Source: a virus. From it: a stretch of DNA of 51,701 bases. The position numbers and the translations under genes are program-made. The notes beneath the pieces are model-generated. The model saw only the letters and a program-made list of their open reading frames with translations. It was not told the DNA's origin and did no database searches. Below, piece by piece: positions 16,124 through 25,819 of this stretch (position 1 is its first letter; the number at the start of each line of letters is the position of its first letter). The DNA lies in IMG/VR virus record IMGVR_UViG_3300045988_094113, positions 1 to 51,701 of that record. One strand, written 5' to 3'.

Positions 16124-18850
16124 ATGAATATGGGTAATTTTTTTGATTTGCATAGGCATACAGAGTACAGCCTATTCGATGGATTTGGAAATCCAAAAGA
16201 TTTAGCAAACATAGCAAAAGAATTAGGTTATAAAGCATTAGGAATAAGCGACCATGGAAGTATCAGTGGATTGATTAAACATTACCAAGCGTGTAATGAA
16301 GTTGGAATTAAACCAGTTATGGGTTGCGAAGTTTATTTCTTGCCAGATTATAACAAAAAGAATGAACAAAGTAAAAGGTACTACCATTTGAATTTGTTCG
16401 TAAAGAATTTGCAAGGATACAAAAATTTATGTCACATTATGACAAAGGCAAATACAGAACAATTTCATTATAAACCAATTGTAGATTTTAAGTTATTAGA
16501 GCAATACAATGATGGATTGATATGTACAACAGCTTGTATAGCTTCGGCAACGTCACAAGCTATTTTAAACGGACATGAAAAGACAGCAGGAAAGTTATTG
16601 GATAAGTTTAAGTCTATATTTAAAAATGACTTATATGCTGAAATACAGCCTTATAAGATAGATAACAAATATACGCAACAGAAAGCAGATTATACATTGA
16701 TGCATTTAGCAAGAGAAAGAAAGATAAAATGCATCCTAACAAGCGATAGTCATTTTGGTAGAAAAGAGGATTTCGATACATATTGTAAAATGCATGAAAT
16801 AGGGAAAACAACACTTGATGTAAAAAATACATACGGTGAACGTTATATGCCAAGTGAGTATGAAATAACAGAAAGATTTGCAAAGATGTACAAAAAGAAG
16901 TTTAAAAACAGTATGCAAGTCGCAGAAATGTTTGCCGACAATATGAAAGAAATCTATAAAAAGGTTGAGGACAATATTCTTGATGGTTTGGAACTTGAGC
17001 TACCAAAAACAAAAAATGGAAAGAAAGAGCTTTTACGACTTACGAAACAAGGTTTAAAAGATAGAGGAAAATATACAAAAGAATATATAAACAGATGTAA
17101 AGAAGAATTGGAAGTTATAAATTATCATGGTTTTGCCGATTATTTCTTGATAGTCCGTGATTATATCAATTGGGCGAAAGAACAAGGAATTGCAGTAGGT
17201 AAAGGAAGAGGCTCTGCTTGTAATTGTTTGGTAGCATATGCGGTAGGAATCACTGATGTAGATAGTATTAAGTATAAACTTGACTTTAGCCGATTTATGC
17301 GAAAGGAAAAGAAAGCTCTCCCTGATATCGACACCGACTTTGAAACGCCACGTAGGCAAGAAGTTATTGATTATGTTATAAAAAAATATCCAAACAAAGC
17401 CATACAGATATGTTCATATGGTATGTATGGTATAGATAACCTTATAAATGATTTAGCAGGCGTATGTGATTTGAAAACAACAAAAGAAGTAGATTATTAT
17501 GAAGCTGATGAAAACAAAAAGAAAGTTGCGGAGATTAAGAGTTTTATAAAAACATTTGAACATGATGGTGAACTTGACTTACAACAAATTAAGAAAGCAG
17601 AACAAACAGAAGAATATAATGAACAGTACGACAATATCATAAAGCATTTTTGCAAGATGTATGGAAAGATAAGATATCTAGGAAAACATGCCGCAGGAGT
17701 AGCAGTAGTTGGAACAGATATAAGTGATTATACTTGTATTATTATGCGTGACAGAAAAACAGGAGCATTAAGCAGTTGTTTTGATAAAGATGATTTGGAA
17801 CATATAAATTGCACAAAATTTGATATGTTAGGTCTTTCCACAATGGGAGAGCTAAAAGAATTGGAACAGCTTACAGGTCATAAAGTAACAGAAGAAGAGG
17901 AAAGTGATAGTAAAGTTTTAAAGAATTTCAGAGATGAAAAAACAGAAGGTATTTTCCAGTTTGAGAAAAGCACACCAAAAAAGATTCTTAGAACAATCCA
18001 TGCAGATTGTGTGGAAGATATTATTGCGGTAAATGCTCTGAATCGTCCTGCCCCATTACAGTTAAAAATGCATGAACAGTTTGCAAGAAACAAAATGTCT
18101 GGAAAGATTGATAAAAGTACACCGTATTACAGATATACAAAAGAAACATATGGAACAATGCTATACCAAGAGCAAACAGTTGAAGTAGCGCAAAAGGTAG
18201 GACATTTAACAGCACAGCAGAGTTTTGATATGCTAAAGATTATGAAGAAAGAAGAAAATTTACATAAACCAGAATATATACCGGTTATTGAACAGATGCG
18301 AAAAGATTTTTATAATGGTTGTAAAAGGGAAGGAATGAGCAAAGGAGAAACAAGTAGATTATGGGCGAGTATGTTAATCTATGGCTTTAATAAAGGTCAC
18401 TCAACCGCATATGCGCTTATTCCAATAGACCAGATGTGGTACAAGGTTTACTATCCAACAGAGTTTTGGTTTACAAAAGTTAAGTTCGCACAGAATGATG
18501 CAGAAGTATATAAATATAGTGAATGTGCTGTAAAGGATGGAGTTGTAGTAATGTTACCACATGTAAATTATAGTGCATTAACAAGTCTTAGAACATATGA
18601 CGGAGAAAATGTAATACAGCAAGGAATAAGCACTATAAAAGGTGTAGGAGAAAAGGCGGCAGAAGCAATAGAACAGGAACGTAAAAAAGGAGCATTTAAA
18701 AGTTATGATGATTTTTATGACCGTTGTAAAGGCAGAGCAGTAACAAGTAGGGTTATTGATATATTAAAAGAACAGGGTGCGCTTGAATTTAACAAAAAGC
18801 GGTATCTATCAAGAGTTGTTAAATATAACAGTAGTTTAATGGTAAGGTGA
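16124..18850 (+). CDS. DNA polymerase III alpha subunit-like (DnaE-type, short form)
   Basis: 908 aa; PHP motif DLHRHTEYSLFDG...SDHGSISG; DIDTDF; HhH GVGEKAAEAI. Confidence 0.9.
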   Translation: MNMGNFFDLHRHTEYSLFDGFGNPKDLANIAKELGYKALGISDHGSISGLIKHYQACNEVGIKPVMGCEVYFLPDYNKKNEQSKRYYHLNLFVKNLQGYKNLCHIMTKANTEQFHYKPIVDFKLLEQYNDGLICTTACIASATSQAILNGHEKTAGKLLDKFKSIFKNDLYAEIQPYKIDNKYTQQKADYTLMHLARERKIKCILTSDSHFGRKEDFDTYCKMHEIGKTTLDVKNTYGERYMPSEYEITERFAKMYKKKFKNSMQVAEMFADNMKEIYKKVEDNILDGLELELPKTKNGKKELLRLTKQGLKDRGKYTKEYINRCKEELEVINYHGFADYFLIVRDYINWAKEQGIAVGKGRGSACNCLVAYAVGITDVDSIKYKLDFSRFMRKEKKALPDIDTDFETPRRQEVIDYVIKKYPNKAIQICSYGMYGIDNLINDLAGVCDLKTTKEVDYYEADENKKKVAEIKSFIKTFEHDGELDLQQIKKAEQTEEYNEQYDNIIKHFCKMYGKIRYLGKHAAGVAVVGTDISDYTCIIMRDRKTGALSSCFDKDDLEHINCTKFDMLGLSTMGELKELEQLTGHKVTEEEESDSKVLKNFRDEKTEGIFQFEKSTPKKILRTIHADCVEDIIAVNALNRPAPLQLKMHEQFARNKMSGKIDKSTPYYRYTKETYGTMLYQEQTVEVAQKVGHLTAQQSFDMLKIMKKEENLHKPEYIPVIEQMRKDFYNGCKREGMSKGETSRLWASMLIYGFNKGHSTAYALIPIDQMWYKVYYPTEFWFTKVKFAQNDAEVYKYSECAVKDGVVVMLPHVNYSALTSLRTYDGENVIQQGISTIKGVGEKAAEAIEQERKKGAFKSYDDFYDRCKGRAVTSRVIDILKEQGALEFNKKRYLSRVVKYNSSLMVR

Positions 18851-18855
18851 TAAAT

Positions 18856-19413
18856 ATGGAAACAAAATATGAAAAAGGTTATACAAGATGTAAACGTTGT
18901 AAATATTGTAAAGAAATAGTATTAAGAAAAGGAAATGAAATTATAGCAGTAGAATTACAATGTAAAAATGGCATGGTAAAAGAAGTGTTAGATGATAATG
19001 AATCGTGTGTCGCATATGAATATTTCTTAGATGAATATAATAAGAAGATGGGGAAGGTGGCAGAAATGGTAAAAAGAACAGATAATGTAAATCATCCGGA
19101 ACACTATGTAAATAGTTGTTCCATTGAATGTATAGATGCAATGCAAGCAACGTTTGGAACAAAGGATTTAGCAAAGTATTGTGTAATAAATGCATATAAA
19201 TATTTATGGAGATATAAAAACAAGAACGGGAAAGAAGATTTAAACAAAGCAGAATGGTATTTAAACAAATTTGATGAATTATTAGAGGAGAGCGATAATA
19301 AGCCATATTCGGAACGGATTCCTAGTAGGTATGTAAATGTATGCATAACTCTTAGAAAGTGGCTTAAAATGGCAAATACGGCGTTAGGAGGGGATACAGT
19401 AAATGAAGAGTAA
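18856..19413 (+). CDS. DUF3310-like protein with N-terminal Cys cluster
   Basis: HPEHYVN...IECIDAM...YKYLWRYKNKNGKEDLNKAEWYLNK. Confidence 0.65.
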   Translation: METKYEKGYTRCKRCKYCKEIVLRKGNEIIAVELQCKNGMVKEVLDDNESCVAYEYFLDEYNKKMGKVAEMVKRTDNVNHPEHYVNSCSIECIDAMQATFGTKDLAKYCVINAYKYLWRYKNKNGKEDLNKAEWYLNKFDELLEESDNKPYSERIPSRYVNVCITLRKWLKMANTALGGDTVNEE

Positions 19414-20326
19414 AGGATTTAACAAAGAAGGTATTCTCCGGTTATGTAATGAGATAGACAAAAAGGAAAGCGGAAGTGTTTACAGTTTAGGTAGTAAAAG
19501 TAAAAACCTAGAAATCCCTAGGTGGAGTACAGGACTTGTAGATTTGGATAATATCATTGGCGGTGGTGTACCATGTGGAAGAACAATAGAAATATTTGGC
19601 GCAGAAAGCGCAGGCAAAACAACACTTGCATACCAGTTATGCGCCCAGCATGAAATGTGCCTTAACATTCCGATTGAACGAACATTTGACAGTGAAAGGG
19701 CAAAACTTTTTGGTAACAGACCAAAACAAATGCTCATATATAATGCACAGTATGGAGAGAAAGCTTTTAACAGGGCGATACGCTTTGCAGAAGAAGGAAT
19801 ACCGCTTATTGTGATAGACAGTGTTCCATCATTGCAACCAAAAGATGATATTGAAAAAATAAGAAAGGCGGTAAATACAGACAGCGAACAGGAAATGCGT
19901 ATTGGTGGTGTAGCAAGGCTTATGGATAAGTATTTACCAACATTAGAAGATGTTATTGAACAAACGGGAACAACAGTTATATTCATTAACCAGATACGTG
20001 ATAAAATGAACGCATTGCCTTTTGGAGATAATATACAAACACCGGGAGGACATAAGTTAAAACATAGTTGTTCATTAAGGATACAGGTAGCAAGGAAAGG
20101 TTATATAGAAATACCAAACCATAACCCATTTAACACAGAAACAAAAGAACGTATTGGAATGATAATGAAGGTAAAGGTTGTAAAAAGCAAAGTATCGCCA
20201 CCAATGCAAAGCTGTGAAATCCCATTATTCTATGAACGTGGTTTCGTTGATTTTGCAGACCTTGATACTGTAAGAAAAGAGATAATGGAAGAACATAAAA
20301 AAATGTATAAGGAAATGTTACAGTGA
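19403..20326 (+). CDS. RecA-family recombination ATPase
   Basis: GLVDLDNIIGGGVPCGRTIEIFGAESAGKTT (Walker A); LIVIDSV (Walker B). Confidence 0.8.
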   Translation: MKSKGFNKEGILRLCNEIDKKESGSVYSLGSKSKNLEIPRWSTGLVDLDNIIGGGVPCGRTIEIFGAESAGKTTLAYQLCAQHEMCLNIPIERTFDSERAKLFGNRPKQMLIYNAQYGEKAFNRAIRFAEEGIPLIVIDSVPSLQPKDDIEKIRKAVNTDSEQEMRIGGVARLMDKYLPTLEDVIEQTGTTVIFINQIRDKMNALPFGDNIQTPGGHKLKHSCSLRIQVARKGYIEIPNHNPFNTETKERIGMIMKVKVVKSKVSPPMQSCEIPLFYERGFVDFADLDTVRKEIMEEHKKMYKEMLQ

Positions 20327-20508
20327 TATTTTATTGTATTGTTTTTAAACGAAAAATAGAAAGTATCACAGAACATAGATTTTTCTGTTATGCATTAAAT
20401 AAACAGGAATGTGTAAAAAGATTTTGTGATACCGGACATGAAGAAAAAGACATTATCTCGATACATATAGTAGAACAGGAAGAAGGTGGAACAAAATGGG
20501 AATCTTAG
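20323..20508 (+). CDS. Hypothetical protein
   Basis: 61 aa, GTG start overlapping the upstream stop. Confidence 0.35.
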   Translation: MIFYCIVFKRKIESITEHRFFCYALNKQECVKRFCDTGHEEKDIISIHIVEQEEGGTKWES

Positions 20509-21350
20509 AAGATATAAAGAAAGATGCGATACAAACAGGAACAAAGTTACAAACGTCAGAAGAGCGTGATATTGAAGAACTTTTAAATAACCTTTTTTAT
20601 TTAGACAAAAATATTCCAGAAGAATTAAAGTTTCTAAAAAGTGTTATGACAAGAGGTGCAGAAACACAGGAAAGAAAAGGTTTACACGCTAGTGCAGTTA
20701 TTGTATCAGACGATAAGTTTTGCTACAGACAACAGTTACTAAGTTTATACTATAAACAACTACAGGGAGAACAAACACCAGTAGGATTGAAGCGTATCTT
20801 TTCAGAGGGTGATGCAATTCATGAGAAGTGGCAAAGGTTATTTATCCGTGGTGGCTTATGTAAGCCGCTAGAATGTGATTATAGCCGTTTTGCAGAAGAA
20901 TATGATTTATCCTATACACCGGATATAATTTGCCATTTACCACGCAATATGAAGCTTACAGGGGTACATGATGATAGTGTACCAAAGGATGCTTATATTG
21001 TAGAAATAAAGAGTGTTAATACATTTACGTTTAAAAAACAAAAGTACCATGCAAGTGGTAGAAAACAGTGCCAGTTATATATGTATTTGACTGGAATCCA
21101 TAAAGGTATCGTTCTATGTGATGATAAAAACACACAGGAATTTAAGGTGTATAAATATGAGTATAACCCAAGTGAGATTGCACCGTATATACGAAGGCTG
21201 GAACAAATACAGGAATGTAAGGAAAGGCTTATAAATAAACATAAAATGGTAGCACGTCACAGCAAATGTATTGGTTATAATTGTAAGATGGCACAAAGTT
21301 GTCCATTGCGTGAAGTGTGTTACAAAAAATCAAAAGAAAGGTTGGTATAA
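20496..21350 (+). CDS. PD-(D/E)XK exonuclease, Cas4/RecB-like
   Basis: D...IVEIKS motif; one N-terminal Cys plus CIGYNCKMAQSCPLREVC cluster. Confidence 0.7.
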   Translation: MGILEDIKKDAIQTGTKLQTSEERDIEELLNNLFYLDKNIPEELKFLKSVMTRGAETQERKGLHASAVIVSDDKFCYRQQLLSLYYKQLQGEQTPVGLKRIFSEGDAIHEKWQRLFIRGGLCKPLECDYSRFAEEYDLSYTPDIICHLPRNMKLTGVHDDSVPKDAYIVEIKSVNTFTFKKQKYHASGRKQCQLYMYLTGIHKGIVLCDDKNTQEFKVYKYEYNPSEIAPYIRRLEQIQECKERLINKHKMVARHSKCIGYNCKMAQSCPLREVCYKKSKERLV

Positions 21351-21353
21351 GTA

Positions 21354-21551
21354 ATGGAAGAAACAAAAATAAAAGTAACAGAAGCAGAAGTAATTGTGCA
21401 GAGAGTCACAGTAGGATTTTACTTTATAATTAAGTATAAAAAAGTTGGTGATAAAAATTATACATTGGGATATGGCTCATATAATATACATATGGTATTT
21501 GATTGGTTAGGCAAATGTTTTGAAATTGTATCACAGGAAAGTGGAAACTAA
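21354..21551 (+). CDS. Hypothetical protein
   Basis: 65 aa. Confidence 0.45.
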   Translation: MEETKIKVTEAEVIVQRVTVGFYFIIKYKKVGDKNYTLGYGSYNIHMVFDWLGKCFEIVSQESGN

Positions 21552-21552
21552 A

Positions 21553-21618
21553 ATGGACATAATTATTGGTTTCTGTTTATGTATTGTGGCATGTCTTATT
21601 ATAAAAAATATATTATAA
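21553..21618 (+). CDS. 21-aa hydrophobic peptide (speculative)
   Basis: MDIIIGFCLCIVACLIIKNIL, ATG 1 nt after the upstream stop. Confidence 0.25.
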   Translation: MDIIIGFCLCIVACLIIKNIL

Positions 21619-21629
21619 AAGAACAATAA

Positions 21630-21662
21630 GGGGTTGCATTTGCAACCCTTTTATGTTATAAT
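21630..21662 (+). promoter_or_regulatory. Hairpin with embedded -35 box plus promoter
   Basis: gggttgc-attt-gcaaccc then tttt; TTGCAT-17-TATAAT. Confidence 0.7.
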
Positions 21663-21688
21663 AAAATAAAACAAAAGGAGAAAACAAA

Positions 21689-22081
21689 ATGTCTAAATAT
21701 TGTAAAGCATATAAATTAAAAGTAACATATTTAGATTGTTTAGAATGTGAAACAAAGGAGTGTAAACAAACAGTGAAAAAAGTGTACCTTGAATTAGAGC
21801 CAGAACAAAAAGTCTTTCTTGTGTATAAAAGTAAGAAAGAAGGAAATAAAGAAAATATAATAATACGTTGCAATGTATTTGAATGTCTTGTAAGAAAGAA
21901 CAAAATACTTTATTTCCTAGATAAAGAAAGAGTGGTACTAGGTAAAGATAATTTAAGTGAAACAAAAACAAGATTCTTATGCAGTAATGCAAATATTGAT
22001 ACTGGATATAGAGGATTACAGATAGATAAATACCCAGTATTTACAACAAAGGAAAAATGTTTGGAGTGGTTGAAAGCATGA
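21689..22081 (+). CDS. Hypothetical Cys-rich protein
   Basis: 130 aa; shared leader aaaacaaaaggagaaaacaaa. Confidence 0.55.
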   Translation: MSKYCKAYKLKVTYLDCLECETKECKQTVKKVYLELEPEQKVFLVYKSKKEGNKENIIIRCNVFECLVRKNKILYFLDKERVVLGKDNLSETKTRFLCSNANIDTGYRGLQIDKYPVFTTKEKCLEWLKA

Positions 22082-22524
22082 GGAAAATAAGTTGTGCAGA
22101 ATGTTGTTATTTAAACAAGAATGAAAAAATAGAAGAAAGTATGGTAAATCGCTACAAATACAAATGTATGTCTAGCAGGAAGGAATATATCGTTGGATGT
22201 ATTAGAAAAGACAGTGAACTTAAAACAATGGGCTGTAGTGATTGCAATAGAATAAAAGTTGGAACAAGTTTTACATTTAACAAAACAAAATGTTTTTATT
22301 GTGGAAGTATACAGACAGAAAATGGTAGAATGTATTTAGTCTATAATGCGTCAACTTATGTTCAAAATGGTTTTTATGTTGATGTAGTAGAACAGAATTG
22401 GTTTTCAGAGCATATAAAAGAGATTGTTATTGAATACCAAACAAAAGAACAAATTGAAGCAATAAAACAAACAGCAAAGTGTTATAAGAAGAGGATTGAA
22501 GAACGTGAAAAAAGATGTAAATAG
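22078..22524 (+). CDS. Hypothetical Cys-rich (zinc-binding?) protein
   Basis: 148 aa; ATGA overlap with the upstream stop. Confidence 0.5.
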   Translation: MRKISCAECCYLNKNEKIEESMVNRYKYKCMSSRKEYIVGCIRKDSELKTMGCSDCNRIKVGTSFTFNKTKCFYCGSIQTENGRMYLVYNASTYVQNGFYVDVVEQNWFSEHIKEIVIEYQTKEQIEAIKQTAKCYKKRIEEREKRCK

Positions 22525-23272
22525 TGATTATAAGAAAAGATTTATGAATGGTTTTAAAATGTTATGTAACAGTAAATCTCCTTATACAGTATGGAGCGAT
22601 TGTATGGCTTTATTTGCCATTACGTTAGCTAATACAAGTATTTTACCATTAGCAAAAGAAGAACCTTTTAAAAGCGTATATACAGGGCGAGAAAAGGAAT
22701 ATTTACGCATTATAAACAGATATGATAAAAAAGAGCAAAAGTTATTCCCACAAATGTTTGCATTACTTGTGGAAGAATTAGAATTACATCCTAACCAAGA
22801 TTTACTAGGTAGTTTATTTATGGAATTAGAAATATCTAATAAACACGCAGGACAATTCTTCACACCGTATAGTGTTTGTGAAGTAATGGCAAATGCTTTG
22901 ATTGAACGTAAACAATTAGGAAAAACAGTACATAAGAAAGGTTATGCAAGTATATATGACGCGGCTTGTGGTGCAGGTGCAACCCTTGTATGTGCAAGTG
23001 AAATATACAAAAGTATGTTTAAAAAATACAATTATCAGAACCATATAATGTTTGTAGGGCAGGACATAGATATAACTTGTGTACATATGTGTTATATTCA
23101 GCTTGCATTACATGGTCTTGCAGGATATGTGATACATGGAAATACACTAATGAAGCCAGAGCCAGTATTACCGGAAGATATAGAAAGTATTTGGTTTACG
23201 CCAATGTGGTTTTCAGAAGTATGGACATTAAGAAGATTTTTTCACAATCAAGATATTTTAGGAAGGAGATAA
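22505..23272 (+). CDS. N6-adenine MTase-like protein lacking the catalytic NPPY/F motif
   Basis: GQFFTP...YDAACGAGATLV (motif I)...VGQDID...HGNTL, then the ORF ends; start codon uncertain (GTG 22505). Confidence 0.55.
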   Translation: MKKDVNSDYKKRFMNGFKMLCNSKSPYTVWSDCMALFAITLANTSILPLAKEEPFKSVYTGREKEYLRIINRYDKKEQKLFPQMFALLVEELELHPNQDLLGSLFMELEISNKHAGQFFTPYSVCEVMANALIERKQLGKTVHKKGYASIYDAACGAGATLVCASEIYKSMFKKYNYQNHIMFVGQDIDITCVHMCYIQLALHGLAGYVIHGNTLMKPEPVLPEDIESIWFTPMWFSEVWTLRRFFHNQDILGRR

Positions 23273-23276
23273 AACA

Positions 23277-23900
23277 GTGTCTAAAATAGTAATAGGTATA
23301 GACCAATCTTACACTCGCACAGGAATAACAATTTTAGAAGATAAAAAAATATTTAGAATGAAATCTATAGATTTTCATGATTGTAGTAACAACACAGAAA
23401 AACGCTTGGAAATATATACATATTTAGAAACGATATTCAAACGTAGATTATGTAAACAAATAGAAAATAGAAATGTTATTATCATAACAGAGCGTATTCG
23501 TCTGAGGTCACAAGGATTTCTGTCAGAAGCTTATATCAAGTCTACAGGTGCATTGGTAGCAACAATAATAGACGTTGCAAATATCTATGATATTCCTGTC
23601 TATTCTGTTGACACCCGTTCGTGGAAAGGACAGATTGTAGGAGATTCAAAACCGTTAAACAATTCATATGGAATAAATAAAGAAAAATACCGTACAATCT
23701 TGTATATGAGAAATAAAGGACTTCTAAAGTATATTGCAGAACCTTATACCGGAAGAGGTAAACAAGGAGTGGTGAACATTAAAATAAATGGAAAGAAAAC
23801 ACCATGTAAAATCAATGACGATCTAGCAGATAGTTATTGTATTGCAATGTATGGATTTATTCCGAAAGAAAAACAGAAATTAAAAGAGGAAAACTTTTAG
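23277..23900 (+). CDS. RuvC-like Holliday junction resolvase
   Basis: GTG start; IGIDQSYTRTG, ITERIR, NDDLADSYCIA. Confidence 0.7.
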   Translation: MSKIVIGIDQSYTRTGITILEDKKIFRMKSIDFHDCSNNTEKRLEIYTYLETIFKRRLCKQIENRNVIIITERIRLRSQGFLSEAYIKSTGALVATIIDVANIYDIPVYSVDTRSWKGQIVGDSKPLNNSYGINKEKYRTILYMRNKGLLKYIAEPYTGRGKQGVVNIKINGKKTPCKINDDLADSYCIAMYGFIPKEKQKLKEENF

Positions 23901-23928
23901 GGCGGCTTTTATGGCTGTCCTTTTTATT
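23899..23928 (+). terminator. Probable intrinsic terminator
   Basis: 8-bp stem with two G-U pairs, then ttttt. Confidence 0.45.
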
Positions 23929-23950
23929 TGCCCTTTTAAAGCATTTATAC

Positions 23951-23979
23951 TTGCTATTATATATTTATAGGGTTATAAT
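23951..23979 (+). promoter_or_regulatory. Sigma-A-type promoter
   Basis: TTGCTA-17-TATAAT. Confidence 0.6.
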
Positions 23980-24046
23980 ATAAAAGTGCCTTATTCATTT
24001 AAATAGGCGCATTGTAGGGTATATTAAAGTTATAGGAGGAATGGAT

Positions 24047-24283
24047 ATGTACAAGAAAGGAATATCTATTGAAGGAAATGCTATAAACAATAGTATAGGT
24101 TACTGTCATTACAAAGAGCATGAAGGGGAACTGAATAAAGAGCTTGTAAAACAAAGGCAATGTATATTAAAGAATTGTGTACATTTAGAAAAATATAGTG
24201 AAAAGGCATTTGAACAGAAAGCAAAGTATTATAATAAAAGTGGAAAAAATAAAAGGTGCAGGAAACATAGAACAAAGCTGTAA
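24047..24283 (+). CDS. Hypothetical basic C/H-rich protein
   Basis: 78 aa; AGGAGG 7 nt upstream. Confidence 0.5.
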   Translation: MYKKGISIEGNAINNSIGYCHYKEHEGELNKELVKQRQCILKNCVHLEKYSEKAFEQKAKYYNKSGKNKRCRKHRTKL

Positions 24284-24382
24284 AATGCTTTTTAAAGGAA
24301 TTATGTTTATAAATATATAAATTATCACATTATAAATAAAAATTGAAAATAGCGTATAAATAGAAGCTTATGGAGGTATTGT

Positions 24383-24667
24383 ATGGAATGTAATATAATG
24401 GGATTAGATAGAAAGGTCATAAAGAAACCATGCTATAAAACAAAATATAAAAACATTGTTATTGTAAAATTAGCAGATAGTTGCTATTCTATAACGCATT
24501 ATCAAACAGGAGTTGCAATTGTATATGACAGGTATACTTCAAAGCAAAAAGCATTAGCAAATTTAGATGATGTTGTTAACAGACAAAGGGAAATCTTTAA
24601 AAGAAATAACATAAAATCTTTAAAACAATATTGTAAACAATGCGGAATAGAACAAATAAATTTTTAA
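24383..24667 (+). CDS. Hypothetical protein
   Basis: 94 aa; GGAGG RBS. Confidence 0.5.
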   Translation: MECNIMGLDRKVIKKPCYKTKYKNIVIVKLADSCYSITHYQTGVAIVYDRYTSKQKALANLDDVVNRQREIFKRNNIKSLKQYCKQCGIEQINF

Positions 24668-24727
24668 AATGTTAAATAAAGGGGATTTTTCTTTCTTTAT
24701 ATATTTCTTTCTTAAAGGGAATTAAAA

Positions 24728-24821
24728 ACACAATAATATATAACAGATGTTAGTCTGATTTATATAACAAATAAATTAAAATATTTTACAAATAATTATT
24801 GACAGTTATATATTATTGTGT
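24728..24821. repeat. 17-bp perfect inverted repeat; the right arm is exactly the spacer of the 24799 promoter
   Basis: acacaataatatataac (24728-24744) and gttatatattattgtgt (24805-24821). Confidence 0.85.
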
Positions 24822-24827
24822 TAATAT
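24799..24827 (+). promoter_or_regulatory. Sigma-A-type promoter with TGTG -16 element
   Basis: TTGACA-17-TAATAT. Confidence 0.65.
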
Positions 24828-24880
24828 ATAGTTACAAACAAGAAAACAAAAGATTGAATACAGAAAGGTTGGTAAATAAT

Positions 24881-25195
24881 ATGTATACAAAGAATATTGG
24901 AATTAGAAAAAGAGCTACAACAATCGTTGGTGAAAATGGAAAGAAAATGTATCCGGTAGGAAAATGGGAAAAATATTCTCATGTGTTTTATAATCATTGT
25001 GATAAATGTTTTAACAATATGATGGAAACACATACAGATGAAAGTGAAAAGAAATTAGATGAAGCAGAACATTTACAAGAATGTTTTGAACATAATCCAA
25101 AAGTAAATGGTATTGTGTATGCATATTATGAAGATTACAAAAAAATGCGGAATATTATTGAAGCATATGTTTTAAGACATAATGGAAAAATTTAA
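24881..25195 (+). CDS. Hypothetical early protein
   Basis: 104 aa; ATG after aaaggttggtaaataat. Confidence 0.55.
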   Translation: MYTKNIGIRKRATTIVGENGKKMYPVGKWEKYSHVFYNHCDKCFNNMMETHTDESEKKLDEAEHLQECFEHNPKVNGIVYAYYEDYKKMRNIIEAYVLRHNGKI

Positions 25196-25199
25196 AATA

Positions 25200-25232
25200 A
25201 GGGTTGACAAACTCAACCCTATAGTATATAAT
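25200..25232 (+). promoter_or_regulatory. Hairpin with embedded -35 box plus promoter
   Basis: agggttga-caaac-tcaaccct; TTGACA-17-TATAAT. Confidence 0.7.
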
Positions 25233-25276
25233 TAAAGCATAAACAAAGTAAACAAAAAGTTGGAGGAATAAAAGTT

Positions 25277-25528
25277 ATGAATAAAACAGAATTAAATGCA
25301 ATGAGAATAGAAGTGTTAAGAGCATATGAATTTTATTATGAAAACACAATTGATGTTTATTGTGGTTCTGATACAGGAGAAACTATCATAGAAAAAGAAA
25401 CAGAAAAACTCAATGAAACTTTAGGTGAAATTGAGAAAATGTATAATCATATGTTTTCCATTGAAACTTATAAATATCTTGAAAAAAAAGCAAAATACAA
25501 TGTAGAAACTTATATGCAGGAGGTATAA
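25277..25528 (+). CDS. Hypothetical early protein
   Basis: 83 aa; shared leader. Confidence 0.55.
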   Translation: MNKTELNAMRIEVLRAYEFYYENTIDVYCGSDTGETIIEKETEKLNETLGEIEKMYNHMFSIETYKYLEKKAKYNVETYMQEV

Positions 25529-25533
25529 AAGTT

Positions 25534-25794
25534 ATGACAAAAGAAATTATTGTGGCAAGAGTAATTACAACAGGAGTAGAAATTTTTAAATCTTATGTAA
25601 CAAATATTAAGCTTGTTGAAACAAGAGACATTGAAGGACATAAAGCAGGATGGCAAGAAAAAGACTATACATTCTTGTATAAAGGCGTTCCGTGTAGATT
25701 AAATGAACATATCGTACCAGATAGTAACGGTGAAGTTGTATACAGTGCTAAATACAGATATGAATTTATTCATAATTATAAAGAATGTGAATAG
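25534..25794 (+). CDS. Hypothetical protein
   Basis: 86 aa; GGAGG RBS. Confidence 0.55.
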   Translation: MTKEIIVARVITTGVEIFKSYVTNIKLVETRDIEGHKAGWQEKDYTFLYKGVPCRLNEHIVPDSNGEVVYSAKYRYEFIHNYKECE

Positions 25795-25819
25795 TTATTG
25801 TTTATTTGTAAAAAAATCC

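Noticed and set aside
24684-24716. Duplicated tttctttctt / aaaggg(g/a)att motifs downstream of gene 24383 as a terminator
   Set aside because: These are direct repeats, not inverted repeats, so no stem can form.
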